Of a DNA stretch of 64,000 nucleotides, positions 28,710-47,599 are shown piece by piece. The position numbers and the translations under genes are program-made. The notes beneath the pieces are model-generated. The model made no database searches, had not been told where the DNA came from, and worked only from the letters and a program-made list of their open reading frames with translations. The stretch spans positions 221,588,001 to 221,652,000 of the forward strand of contig OZ024741.1 in assembly GCA_964016885.1 (NCBI GenBank), given 5' to 3'. Each line of letters opens with the position of its first letter. Within the stretch, counting starts at the first letter, position 1. This DNA comes from Eledone cirrhosa. Its lineage: Eukaryota.

Positions 28710-30800
28710 ATAGTGGTGGAACACTGGAAGGTAATATCCGTAGTGCTAGAGCACTCAGTCCAAGGGACGAGTTAGGTAGAAGTGGTTACACAACAGTTAG
28801 TTCACCATACCGAGAACAATTATTTCACCTTCGCGGATCTTCAGCTCGGGATGTGTATGGTTATAGGAACAGGAAGGACAACCGTACGAACGAGCATGCG
28901 CAGAAACTCGGTCACTTCACACAGGCAATACTAGACTGCGTGCGGGAGGTGTAAGGGAGATAACTGCGAAATTCCGGAAAGTTTTTAGGTTGAAAATAAA
29001 ATTTAAAAAAATTAAAAATAAAATTACAAAGAATCAGTCCGGAGCCTTGTAGTTATGCAATACATGTTTGGTGACGTGTGGACAACGTGTGAAAAATTCA
29101 CTTCTCGTGTTTAGGCAATCACTATTGCATAATATCTTTAGGATAGTTATTCGTTCGTCAATAAATAAGCCACACGTCGGATTTCCCCTTGCGTATGGCT
29201 TGGACATAGTGATGGCTTTCCATTGAATGGAGTAGCCTATACTTGAGTCCTTGAGGGACCATACGTGGCTCGCGAGTCTTGTGGATGAACGTCTGTCCGG
29301 GTATCTGAAGGTAGACTGGTGGTTCAGGAAACGCTCCTTGAATCGGCCCTCCGCCATGCCCACATAGAATTTGACCTCCTGTGGTTGTGGTTCGTTTGGT
29401 CGGTTGGAAGTGATTCATAGATTACAGCTGGTGTGTTGCATTCCCGGACTTCCACACGGGAATATACCGTGACGATGGACTGACTCTATCGAGCCATAAA
29501 AGTGGTCACGACCTCGAGCGGTTTAAAAAAGACTTAGCTTCTACCTTCAATGAGTTAGGACTTAGGATAACAGTAGCCACAAACCTCTCTAGCGTAGATT
29601 TCTTAGACATTAATTTAGACCTTCGCACACACACCCACAAACCCTTCCATAAGCTAAACGAGAAACTTAATTACATTCACAAGGACTCATGTCACCCTCC
29701 CACTGTTTTTAGAAACTTCGTTAAGAATATCAGTACTAGAATCTCAAACCTCTCCTCTAATAAGGCTATCTTTGACAGGGCGGCACCCTTCTATAACACG
29801 GCGTCGGCTAACAGCGGCTTCTCACAACCTATTACCTACTCTCCCACTAGCAACAACACCATTAAGAAAAGTAAGCGCATCAATAGACAAACTATCTGGT
29901 TCTCTCCTCCCTTCTCACTCAACGTTAAAACCAATGTAGAAAAAAAATGTCTAGCCCTCTTAGATAGACACTTCCCCATAGGTCATAAATACCGCTCCAT
30001 CTTTAACCGACACAAAGTTAAACTAGGATACTCCTGCGCTAAGAACATGAAGGCCCACATCACCAGCAGCCCTAGGAGCAACACCCCACCAGGGTGCTCT
30101 TGCCGTAAGCCTGAAGCTTGCTCCCTTCAACAGCAATGCAACACATCAGCTGTAATCTATGAAGCTGTGGTCACTTCTAACCGACCAAACGAACCACAAC
30201 CACAGGAGGTCAAATCCTATGTGGGCATGGCGGAGGGCCGATTCAAGGAGCGTTTCCTGAACCACCAGTCTACCTTCAGATACCCGGACAGACGTTCTTC
30301 CACGAGACTCGCGGGCAACGTATGGTCCCTCAAGGACTCAAGTATAGGCTACTCCATTCAATGGAAAGCCATCACTAAGTCCAAGCCATACGCAAGGGGA
30401 AATCCGACGTGTGGCCTATGTATTGACGAACGAATAACTATCCTAAAGAGATTACGCAATAGTGATTGCCTAAACACGAGAAGTGAATTTTTCACACGTT
30501 GTCCACACGTCACCAAACATGTATTGCATAACTACAAGGCTCCGGACTGATTCTTTGTAATTTTATTTTTTATTTTTTTAAATTTTATTTTCAACCTAAA
30601 GACTTTCCGGACTTTCGCAGTTATCTCCCTTACACCTCCCGCACGCAGTCTAGTATTGCCTGTGTGAAGTGATCGAGTTTCTACGCATGCGCGTTCGTAC
30701 GGTTGTCCTTCCTGTTCCTATAACCATACACATCCCGAGCTGAAAATCCGCGAAGGTGAAACAATTGTTCTCGGTATGGTGAACTAACTGTTGTGTAATC
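28710..30800. mobile_element. Naiad-type PLE with an inverted 3'-end duplication (minus copy 28710-29440, plus copy 29445-30800)
   Basis: ORFs 29034-29363(-) and 30047-30550(+) are near identical; GIYRDDGL at about 29459; hammerheads at 28810-28849(-) and 30735-30774(+). Confidence 0.93.
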
Positions 30801-30802
30801 AA

Positions 30803-35499
<4,697 letters not shown>

Positions 35500-35516
<17 letters not shown>

Positions 35517-36623
35517 GAAAATGTCTGTCTGTGTGTGTGTGTCTGTTCCGCACCAACTTTTGATCCGCAAGGCCGATTTTCAAAATTCTTCTTTGTAATC
35601 AACCACAAATTTATCAGGACAGGTCGGCATGACATTGCGAATGATCGACTCCCCCTTTGTCCAGGTAAAAAATCGATAAAACTGACTATAGGTACGACTT
35701 TGCACAGAAAAAATCTCTATCTCTATAAAAATGAAAAAGAAAGAGTGAGAGTGAAAGAAACAGACAGACTAAAAGAGGGGGATAGCGGGAGAGATATAGA
35801 AAGAAAGAGCGACAGACGCTGTGTTTGATACATGACAGTGGAAGAGGGAAAGGAAAGCTATAACTAATATGTCTGCGTGTGTGTGTGCGTGCGCGCGTGT
35901 GTGTGTGTGTTCGTGCAGCGTTCCAGTAAGAGTTAAATCTATTAACATGTGTGTGTACGTGCACACGTGCGTGCGTGAGTTTGCGTGCGTTTGAGCGTTT
36001 GCGTGCGTAAGTGTGTGTGTCTTTGAGCTCTGCTGATGATGAATTCCAACCGTGACCATCTCCACTGAAAGTTTTCATGAAATAGTCTTCAAGACTATCC
36101 AGAGCATTTGATGTTTTTCCAAATTGAAGGATAAGTATTTTAGACTTTATTTTATCATGAGTTAAGGCTCTATTGATTTTTCCCTGGATTTCACTAAATT
36201 CTGTGGATGAATTTATATCCTGATTCTCTTTTGAGATGAGTTTGAATTATTTTTCCTACATTTTACGTTAACTATTTTTCCCATCTTGACGACATAGTCG
36301 CATATATGTTATGGAATACTGTTAGCTTATCGCTAAAACAATTTCTATACCTTTCATTTATATATATATATATAGTTGTTATATAGTAAGGTGTATTATT
36401 GGTTGTGTCAAACGAGGGACTATATGAGGAACTAAACTCTGAGTAACATCGTTAATTTTCTCCCTCATATCAAGGATTTGAAGACAATTCATTTTCACCT
36501 GACGAGATCAGTGATAATCGATCATGGCTACACGATCGATCTATCTCTTATTGAAACATGTGTCGTGCTTAAAATGATTGGAAATGTATACCATGCCTTC
36601 GGATCTTTATTTTGTTATATATA

Positions 36624-36719
<96 letters not shown>

Positions 36720-39241
36720 AGGGAAGACTTTTGTCATACGACTTCTCCTTGCCAAGATTCGACAACACAGACACATACCACTTGCTGTTGCGTCTTCCGG
36801 TATTGCAGCAACCTTGCTTCCCGGAGGCAGGACAGCACATTCAGCCTTCAAACTCCCCCGCAATATGACAGCAAATGACACACCCTGCTGTAATATTACC
36901 AAAGGATCAGAAAAGGCAGAACTGCTTAAAAGGTGTGAACTTATAGTTTGGGACGAATGTACCATGGCTCATAAAGGAGCTTTGGAGGCACTGGACCGGA
37001 CTTTAAGAGACAAAAGAGAATCCCAGGATCCCATGGGAGGCGTGACTGTCCTTTTATCCGGAGATTTTAGACAAATCCTCCCTGTTATTCCCAAAGGAAC
37101 AAGGGCTGATGCTATTCGAGCATGCTTAAAGTCATCTCCACTTTGGCGTTATGTCACAACATTAACGCTCTCTACGAATATGAGAGCTGGAATGCTTGGT
37201 GACCAAGTGTCATCAGATTTTGCTACCAACCTATTGACACTTGGGAACGGCAAAGTGCCACTTGATGAAGATGAAAAAATCTCTCTCGAACCTGTCTGCA
37301 CTTTAGTCGACAGTGCTGACGACTTGACAGATGCAGTATTCCCTGAGTTGAGGACTAACTACCAAAATCCAAACTGGCTGTGCGAAAGGGCAATACTGGC
37401 TCCAAAAAATGAGACTGTCGACAAAATCAACGGACAACTACTTAAGTCTCTTCCTACAGCTTCGTCTACATACAAGTCCATCGATACAGTCACAGACCCC
37501 ATTAACTACCCAATTGAGTTTCTTAACTCATTGAACCCCTCCGAGTTGCTGTCTCATCGATTGGAACTTAAGCAAGGATGCCCAATTATGCTTTTGAGGA
37601 ATCTACACCCACCAAAACTCTGCAACGGCACCCGCCTTACAGTAAATAAACTAACGCAAAACTTGATCGAGGCGACGATTCTCTCGGGGTGTGGAAAGGA
37701 AGAAAATGTTTTCATCCCAAGGATTCCCCTTTGTCCGTCAACATCAGAGATCCCCTTTTCATTTAGGAGGCTCCAGTTTCCAGTTCGTTGTAGTTTCGCT
37801 ATGACGATAAATAAGTCTCAGGGGCAAACATTGTCCGTCGCGGTAATAAACCTAGAAGAGCCATGATTTTCGCACAGTCAGCTATACGTTGGATGTTCCA
37901 GAGTGGGAAGCAAAAGAAACGTTTATGCATTTGCTCCAAACAGTAAAACCACAAACATTGTGTACCAAGAAGTCCTGTAATCAACACTGCGACACAAACC
38001 GTCTTCTAACAATCAAATACCTCGCTGCTTTCAATAATTACCAAATTGTAGACATACTGCCTTTTTGAAATTCATAACATCATACATTTTCGACTGTAAA
38101 CGTTGCGACCACTTTGAGCTGCACGGTATTGAAATCACGTTCCCCTCTGGTTGGTTGAGCCAGTTTTCCATGGATTCGCCAGCGCGTGCAGCAGACGTTG
38201 ATTCACATGTCTTTGCTGCCGCAGTTGACGCCGTGTTTCGGTTGATACAGCTCAAACAGCAGACGTTGACTCACAGTTCTTTGCTGCCGCAGTTGACGCT
38301 GTGTTTCGGTTGATGCAGCTCGAGCTGCGGAAGTTGACTCCCATTTCTTTGCTGCTGCAGTTGACGCTTTGTTTCGGTTGATGCAGCTCGAGCTGCGGAA
38401 GTTGCCTCAGCATGTCTATGCCGCCGTAATGAACGCTGTGATTCGTTCTCTGCATCTCCTACAATAGACCTTGCCTCAATATTTGCTTTCTGTCGCAGTG
38501 AGGGTTGAGAATCGTTTTCTGCACCTCAAGCAGCAGCGGTTGCCTCAGCATTTATTTGCTGTCGCATCGAATGTTGTTTCGTTTTCTGCATCTCGTGAAA
38601 TAGAAGTTGCTTCAGCATTTTTCTTTTGGCGTAATAATCGCTATTCGTTATTCTCTGTTACTTTTGCAATCGAGGTTGGTGCAGAATTTGTGTTGAGGAA
38701 TTTTGAGCGTCCTTCATGTTTGGTCTATGTCACTGCAATCAGTCTAAGGAAAGCAACGTCACAGTTTCTATTGGCAGCCACAACTATACAGAATGGTAAG
38801 CATTTCAAACTACATAAATCATTAGAATGCCTACATATACGCAATGCATAACGAAAAATTTACATGTTTCTACTGTAGCAAACGTATGTCACCCCCCTCA
38901 GTTGTACCTTTCACTCAAAGTCGTTATACATTATCTCCGTCATCCCGCAACGTCTTCAGTCCCTGAATTGCCAAACATCCCACATTATTGTCATAAATTC
39001 CATGTGACTCACTTTTGGCATAGTTGGCGTTTGGAGATTCACCGCATCAATGTCACACATTTACACTCATTCACCTTTCATATGCCATAACATTTTACCG
39101 TTTTTACATCGAACAACACATAATTCTTATGGTTAAAAATAAATGTTTTGGGAGGGGTTCGTGCTACGTTGTTTTCTATTTAAAAAAAGTATTTACTAAT
39201 GGTAGACTTATACCCGGGCAACGCCGGGTATGGCTGCAAGT
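35500..39241 (+). mobile_element. Deleted or composite Helitron
   Basis: 5' TATATAAAAATGAAAATGTCTGTCTG; 3' hairpin CCCGGGCAACGCCGGG followed by CAAGT (CTAG variant); internal Pif1 helicase. Confidence 0.75.
36721..37980 (+). pseudogene. Helitron Pif1-family helicase domain (Rep domain missing, one internal TGA at 37864)
   Basis: [72 protein letters not shown]. Confidence 0.93.
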
Positions 39242-39247
39242 ATATAC

Positions 39248-39339
<92 letters not shown>

Positions 39340-39340
39340 C

Positions 39341-39432
<92 letters not shown>

Positions 39433-39449
39433 TGTATATATATATATAT

Positions 39450-39930
39450 GAATGTATATATAATGTATTTTGCAATACACTTTATGCTTAATTCAAAGCA
39501 TTTTGAAGACCGTATGCTATTGTTTTAGAGTAGTGACAAACTCACTTACTTTAATCTCAGCAAACAAGGGGAGATAAGCCGACAAGGCCTTGTTTCGCAT
39601 TTATTGATGCTTATCAAGGCTAACTACTCCCTCCTGTCTACTGAGATCACTGATGTTATATTCTTATAGAATTCTAGTAAATAATCAGGAACTGATTATA
39701 CAGAGCGGTTGCCGGTCAGGCAGAAATTAAAAATTAGAATTGGAGCTCTGAAATAGCAATATATATATGAATGTATATATAATGTATTTTGAAATACACT
39801 TTATGCTTAATTCAAAATGCTTTGAATTAAGCATAAAGTGTATTGCAAAATACATTATATATACATTCATATATATATTGCTATTTCAGAGCTCCAATTC
39901 TAATTTTTAATGCTTTGAATTAAGCATATA
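39450..39930 (-). mobile_element. pLTR-like module with a 90-bp-arm fold-back and a variant hammerhead (39576-39622)
   Basis: Palindrome 39727-39910; AGCC-TTGATAA-GCAT-caataa-ATGC-GAAAC-AAGGCCTT-GTC-GGCT. Confidence 0.7.
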
Positions 39931-40044
39931 TATATTTTTTTTTTTTTTTTTTTTAAAGGTTAAACAAGGTTCAATGAATAAATCAAAGAATGAGTTTTAC
40001 AATAGATTGGAAGCACTCAACAGGCTTTGGTTTTCCGGAGTTAT

Positions 40045-43000
40045 TAATATTAATTCAAAATATTAACAAAATAGATATTCTTGTGATCAAGTATATTTTA
40101 TTATACATATTTCAGATGTACTGAGTTAACTTCAACAGTACCTCCTCATCAGATAAAATAAGATGATGCATGACATACCCTGACATAGTAGATGGTTAAG
40201 ATTTAGTCATGGTAGTGAGTAATATATGACAAAACTCAATATTTATATACCTTAATATTGAAACATGAAAAAAACCTACATATAATACATATAATAGAGA
40301 GGGTGCGTGTGAGAAAGCTTAAAAAATATATAGCAACAATATAACTGTTAGAGATTCAAATAATTTAAATTACTGAAGAAAGAGGAAAGAAAAGAAAGGC
40401 ATAGAGAAAGAAACAGATGAGGGGATAATATAGCTAGTAAGAGCATAGAAAGCAAAAGAGAGTTGATTACAGAGAGAGATAAAGAGGAATAATTTTTAAA
40501 GTGTAAAATATAGGGAGATACTAATTGTATATTTTTATATAGAACAACGTTTGGGCTTAGCTTTAGGAAAAAGAAAAAAAAATCAATTTATTGAATTATT
40601 GAATTATCTAAAGGTATTCATCAATCGAAATTTTAAATATAATTAGGTGTATTCATATGAAGGTTAATAACAAATCTTTAGATAATTATCTATATATATA
40701 CAATATATATCCAAAACTATCTGGTTCACCGTTAACATTCAAAACATTTAATTTAAGTTAGTTCAGAGTAATGAATAATATTTTAGGTTATAAAGGTTAA
40801 TAAATATCTGTATTAATATTAAAGTATACTATCATATTTAATTTATAAAATCAAATTTTATGAAATCAAATTTAAAGGATTTACAAATACGAGAAAGAAA
40901 ACATAATGTTTTTACGTCTTCACGAAGGTAAACTTTACTAAATTTATTATATAATATTAAATTATTTATATTATTTTGAAAATAGTTTACATTATATAAT
41001 TTAGAAAGTAATTACAGTTATAATTTTTAAAGAATTTTAAGATTAACAATTTGAATGCCTAAAGGATCAACAGGCTTTATAATTAAACTTTAAAAAGTTT
41101 GATTATTAAATTATATATGCGTTTATCAAAAAAATACACAAAGATTATATTGTCTAAAGATTAAGATGATACCTCTCAATTAGACATAACATAATACAAT
41201 ACAATAAATAAGTTACTGATAATATTCTTAAAATTAATGTTTTAGATATATTATTATAATAGTATCATTTAATAGATATATACTATAAATATACAAGTCA
41301 AAACTTCATGAATCCTAAGGATAAGGACTAGATTCAAAATAAAAAGTGAAAAGGTAAAAATAATGAATTGTTTGCGATCATAAAAGTGCCCAATATCAAA
41401 AAATATAGTTTTAAAATGCAAGAGAGTTTTTTTTTATTTTTATAGTAGACTAACAACACTTCTAAAGTGCCCACGAAGATGATAGAAAGAGGAGCTAAGG
41501 ATTTCAATGACCCGAAGGTAACCCGAATTTGATTAAAATAAATTAAATTAAATTAAGTAATAATCGTTATATAATTTAGAACATTAAGAAAATATCTAAC
41601 AATTATAACAATAGAGAGTCATTTAAGTATCCAAATTACTTGAGCATGTTATTATACTAGTACCCAAATTACTAGGAGCATGTTATTATACTAGATAAAC
41701 AGATTTGTTCAAATATATAGAGAGAGTATTATAGGTATTAGTGAAACGATATACATATAATAAATAAATAATTACAATCATTATTAGTAATGTTATAATT
41801 GTAGTTTTACATCCAGTTCAGTGGAAAGAAAGACCAATATTTATCGACTAGTATCATTTGTGACATCTATAACTAAATATATATTTAAAATAATAAAAAT
41901 GTACAAATCTAACTTTCTGAATCCTAAAACATACTCAAAATGAGTAAAATATATAAATGCATGAATGTTTTACGGTTCAATTATAACCGGTAATCTTATA
42001 AGTTATATATCCAAATTATATATTTAAAACAAAAACAAATATATAAGGATCCCAATATAAATTATATATATCTAAAATAATCCAAAGATGTGCATATTCA
42101 TCAAGAGAACATGTTAACAAATAATGTTTATATACCTAAACAGGACCCTTTAGTCTAACATTAATTCTATCATAAATGAATAGAAAATAAAACATTATTA
42201 AAGTTTTATAATCTGTTATAACGTTTTAGGTACACAGTTGATAAGAGACGTCAAAAATTAAAACCTGTTTATTTAGTGTTTTTTCCTGATTTTTTTGCGC
42301 GGCTTGGAATGTAGACAAAACTTTATGAAGGCAGTTTGAGAATAATTCACTTTTTTGTTAATTCATTTTTCATAATTAGTAATTATTAATAGGGTCTCCA
42401 TGGTACAGAGGTTGCAGTTTGGTGATATTGACGAATTCGAGTAAATTCTACTATTACATAGCTTCGTCCAAAAAATCGAGTATTTTAATTTTTTGTCTTT
42501 TAATGACCATATAAGTTGTGATAAAGAAGTTGAAGACTTCCTATTAGGATTCGAAAAAGAACATTTATGATTCCCAAATCTCGATTTAAATGTCGAAGAA
42601 GTTGCCCCTATATAGTTGTATGTGATGTTATTTGCTTTTACGGTGCATTTATACACCAAATTGCTATCCAGACAATTTATTTTGCAGGGGGCAATCTGGT
42701 TTATTTCTACAATTACATTTCGATTTATTATTATTATAATTTATATTAACACTATTATTACTTCGAAATGTTCTATTGATAGTGCTTATATTGCTGTTAA
42801 TGTTATTCATAGTATCAATATTGTTAGTGTTATTATACTGATTATTGTTAAATGTATGCTGATTATGGTTTAGAATTCTACTATTTAATTTAGCGATGTT
42901 TTGGACCATATTCATAGTAGTAGAATAAGAAAGCTTAATTGTGTGTCTATTAAATATGGGACGGTATTTATGTTGAATAGGGAATGAATTATCTAAAGCT

Positions 43001-44826
43001 TTAAAGAATAGATTAGCGAGTGGTGTTTTTATTGCTACAGAAACAGGGGTGGCGGGGGGGAAAACCATATAATTTAGTTGTTTTTTTTCCCGATTTATTC
43101 ACAGTACTGGTGTTTGAATTATAATTTTTAGAATTTCGTTTATACATGTCAGTCATATTATTATTTTTATCAGGATTATAATTCAAATTATTATTGTCTA
43201 TATATTCTATATTATTTTATCGACCCCGTAAGGATGAAAGGCAGAGTCAACCTCGGCGGGATTTGAACTCAGATCGTAAAGGGACGCAGCATAGTTACGT
43301 CCCTTTACGATCTGAGTTCAAATCCCGCCGAGGTTGACTTTGCCTTTCATCCTTACGGGGTCGATAAAATAAAGTACCAGTAATACACTGGGTAATTGCT
43401 GGCCTTGTGCCTAAAGTAGAAACAATTATTTTTATAACCTGTCTTTCTTAGTAATATCCTGCTTTCATTGTAATATCCTGCTTTTTCATCAAATATGGAT
43501 TTATTAGCAGATATTCTAGTTATGCGTTTCTGTACACTATTGACAATTGCATTTTTCACAGATTTAGGGTGATTAGAATAATAGCTAACGTAATTTAAGT
43601 TTTCATTGGGCTTATGGAAAGGGTAATTAAAAACCAGAGTTTAAGTTAAGGGTAACATCAAGGAAGTTAACTATTTTGGTACCACTTTCAACCTCTAATT
43701 TAAGGTCGTAATTTTTAAAGAAATCAATTATAGTTTTCTTAACTCTATTTAGTTCGGTATTGCTGTGTTTGACAACCGTAAATAAAATATCGTCCCTATA
43801 TAAATCACCGGTAATCTCCGGCAGTTTTCTATTTACCATATTTAAGATGAAAATCCCCAGAAGGTCCGTGACCTGCGCTGAGTCCGATGATCCCATGGTA
43901 ATGTCAAAGTTTCTATTCCTATCTGAGCGGGTCCAATACTCATTGTTGAAATTAATTAGAGTTCTTCTAGCAGTTAATATGATATCGATTTCATCCGTAG
44001 TTAGATCTGTATGCTTGTAAGCGTAGGATAAAGCCTTATTTAATAGGTTAGGTGTAATGGAAGAGTAATAGCTTGTTATGTCCATTTGGATGTAATTGTG
44101 GTTTTTCTTATCATCTATATTTTTAAACCAATCAATCACTTCATTGGTGTCCTTCCATAAACTCAATTTAGACCTCAATTTCATAATAGGTAAAATTCTA
44201 TCAATAATATTCTTACTGATTACCCCAATGTCCGATTTAGATGGAGCAATCAGTCTAACTGGCAGGTCTTCCTCAAAGTTTCTTTTGTGATCCTTATGAT
44301 TATATGTATATCGTTTCACTAATACCTATAATACTCTCTATATATATTTGAACAATTCTGTTTATCTAGTATAATAACATGCTCCTAGTTATATTTATAA
44401 GTAATTTGGATACTTAAATGACTCTCTATTGTTATAATTGTTTGATATTTTCTTAATGTTCTAAATTATATAACGATTATTACTTAATTTAATTTAATTT
44501 ATTTTAATTAAATTCGGGTTACCTTCGGGTCATTGAAATCCTTAGCTCCTCTTTCTATCATCTTCGTGGACACTTTAGAAGTGTTATTAGTCTACTATAA
44601 AAATTAAAAAAAAACTCTCTTGCATTTTTAAACTATATTTTTTTATATTGTCATATATTACTCACTACCATGACTAAATCTTAACCATCTACTATATCAA
44701 GGTATGTCATGCATCATCTTATTTTATCTGATGAGGACGTACTGTTGAAGTTAACTCAGTACCTCTGAAATATGTATAATAAAATATACTTGATCGCAAG
44801 AATATCTATTTTGTTAATATTTTGAA

Positions 44827-44830
<4 letters not shown>
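40045..44830 (-). mobile_element. 5'-truncated Naiad-type PLE with a 2.2 kb AT-rich 3' region and an inverted, internally deleted pLTR at its 5' side
   Basis: RT 43627-44300 (LYRDD), GIY-YIG 42280-42730; 44300-44650 is the reverse complement of 41392-41757, and 44650-44830 of 40048-40232; hammerheads at 40095-40160(-) and 44720-44786(+). Confidence 0.92.
43212..43428 (+). mobile_element. SINE A with a 5' inverted duplication, inserted in the PLE ORF
   Basis: 43212-43286 is the reverse complement of 43298-43372. Confidence 0.9.
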
Positions 44831-44885
<55 letters not shown>

Positions 44886-45164
44886 CCATGGAACAACCAC
44901 TATTATAGACACCATATATATTTCCGTGGGTACTTAGTACCTACTGGAATATCTATATCATTTATTTGAATTCTCCTTAATGTTGAGAAAAATGTTGTAT
45001 CATGCTGCTATTTCTAGTAACATGAAATATCAACTAGTCTATTATTCCCGCTCTTTCTAGCGGCCCATTTGTGTGGTGGTCATTTTAACGGCTTGATTCA
45101 TTCACCGGGCAGAAAGCGACACATCCACATCTACGTGGATTTATATCTAGTAGGTTTGGAAAAA

Positions 45165-45242
45165 CTATCTGAAGAGCTATATCTTGCCATTGGAAATTCT
45201 CTGAATTTCTAATCTTTTGATTAGCGAAACCGTCGGTCATGG
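45165..45242 (+). ncRNA. Type-I hammerhead ribozyme in an ORF-less module (44885-45315)
   Basis: CTAT-CTGAAGA-GCTA..TAGC-GAAAC-CGTCG-GTC-ATGG. Confidence 0.75.
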
Positions 45243-45343
45243 CACTAGAAGAGGTAAATATTTAAATCGTATTTTAATTTATTTAAAAGATTGTTTAATG
45301 TTTACTTGTTCCGCTCATATATATATATATATATATATCTTTA

Positions 45344-45425
45344 TCATCCTTACGGGGTCGATAAAATAAAGTACCAGTAATGCATTGGGTATTTGCTGGC
45401 CTTGTGCCAAAAGTAGAAACAATTA
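45344..45425 (+). mobile_element. 5'-truncated SINE A
   Basis: 3' half only. Confidence 0.8.
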
Positions 45426-45434
45426 TATATATAC

Positions 45435-45917
<483 letters not shown>

Positions 45918-46514
45918 CATATGTTATATATATATATATATACATATATATATAGAAAGGATGAATATAAAATGAAAGTGCTTTTTTTAAAAAAGGAATT
46001 TATTAGGTATTGACATATGTTTCTGTAACAGACTGAATACCTATGTATCGCTGCTTGCGTAATCATATAATGTTAGCAAGTATTCGATAGCAAATGTATA
46101 ATCAGTTGTCACTTCTTCAGAGATTTTGGATAAATTGGATAAAATCAGAAAAATTGAAGTATTTATATTAGTAATAGAGGAAGAAACAGAGGGGATAGTA
46201 TATGACAGATGGTAAATTAATTTACTGCTAAACAAGTATATAATGGGTTTCTAATGAGAATACCATGAGTAAATCTAAATAAGAATTTTGGGAGTGCCAA
46301 TTTTAATCTCTACTTGACCAACTGGACAGTGGACAGGGCTGGTCATTTGGTGCAGTAGTATTAATTATAAAGTGTCAATTGGGGAAGGGGGAGATTTCGA
46401 TTGCTACTAAATAACATCAATGCTAGTAGCCAGCTGGTATATGCATTAGGGAATTGAATCAAGAAATCAGAAATCTCATTTTATCTATAGCAGTTTGTAT
46501 TAAAAGGTAAATAA

Positions 46515-46701
46515 TAGAAGAGTTGATAGAATTAAGACTAATAAAGAATGCTAATATCTATTTTGACAATCAAACGGGGATAGAGACAGGCGTTCAATCC
46601 TGGTAGTATTTATAAGGATTGAACGCCTGTCTCTATCCCCGTTTGATTGTCAAAATAGATATGAACATTCTTTATTAGTCTTAATTCTATCAACTCTTCT
46701 A
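46515..46701. repeat. Near-perfect palindrome, about 86-bp arms, 15-nt spacer
   Basis: ...GGCGTTCAATCC-tggtagtatttataa-GGATTGAACGCC... Confidence 0.92.
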
Positions 46702-46808
46702 CATTTTCTCCGGAATATAATTTATACTCGTTGAGCAAACCTGCACGTACGCTGTTCATCTCTAACGTAACGATATATTATCACTACATTATTGATAACC
46801 TGAAATTT

Positions 46809-46892
<84 letters not shown>

Positions 46893-46957
46893 ATAGATAT
46901 ATTATATATATATATACATATATTATATATATATACATATATTATATATTTATATAC

Positions 46958-47067
<110 letters not shown>

Positions 47068-47109
47068 GAGAGTAAAACAAAGAAGCCTTCAATACATCAA
47101 AAGAATTTA

Positions 47110-47153
47110 TTAGCCGACAATGTTTCGTCCTATTAAGGACTCATCAGGGCAAT
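47110..47153 (-). ncRNA. Canonical minimal hammerhead in the downstream pLTR
   Basis: GCC-CTGATGA-GTCCT-taat-AGGAC-GAAAC-ATT-GTC-GGC. Confidence 0.92.
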
Positions 47154-47567
47154 TAAAACAACAAGAAGTAATATCGGCAGATACAAGCCGGAAGCTCCGA
47201 AGAATATGGAGTGTACATACACTGAAGTATTACAAAAATATAAAATAAAAATATATGATAAAAATTACTAAGGATGTATATAACATTAAGAACCATATTA
47301 CAAATATAGTCCAAAGCAAAAAAACTAGAGCTAAACAAAGGTGGTTATATAGAGCAGGAATTATATATAATACAATATAATATACTATAATATACCTTTA
47401 CCAACATTAAAATTACAATAAAAATCAAAAGATACAATATGCATATGTATATATGTGCGCACACGTACACACACATACACATACAACAATACACACATCC
47501 ATCTTCAACTGCACAAATTAAACCTTATTAAGAATTTGAATATAAAAATAAGCATGATAGGAATGAA

Positions 47568-47599
<32 letters not shown>

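Noticed and set aside
37864-37866. TGA at a Cys position of the Helitron helicase read as selenocysteine
   Set aside because: Truncated dead copy, no SECIS seen, no precedent I know of; simple TGY>TGA mutation
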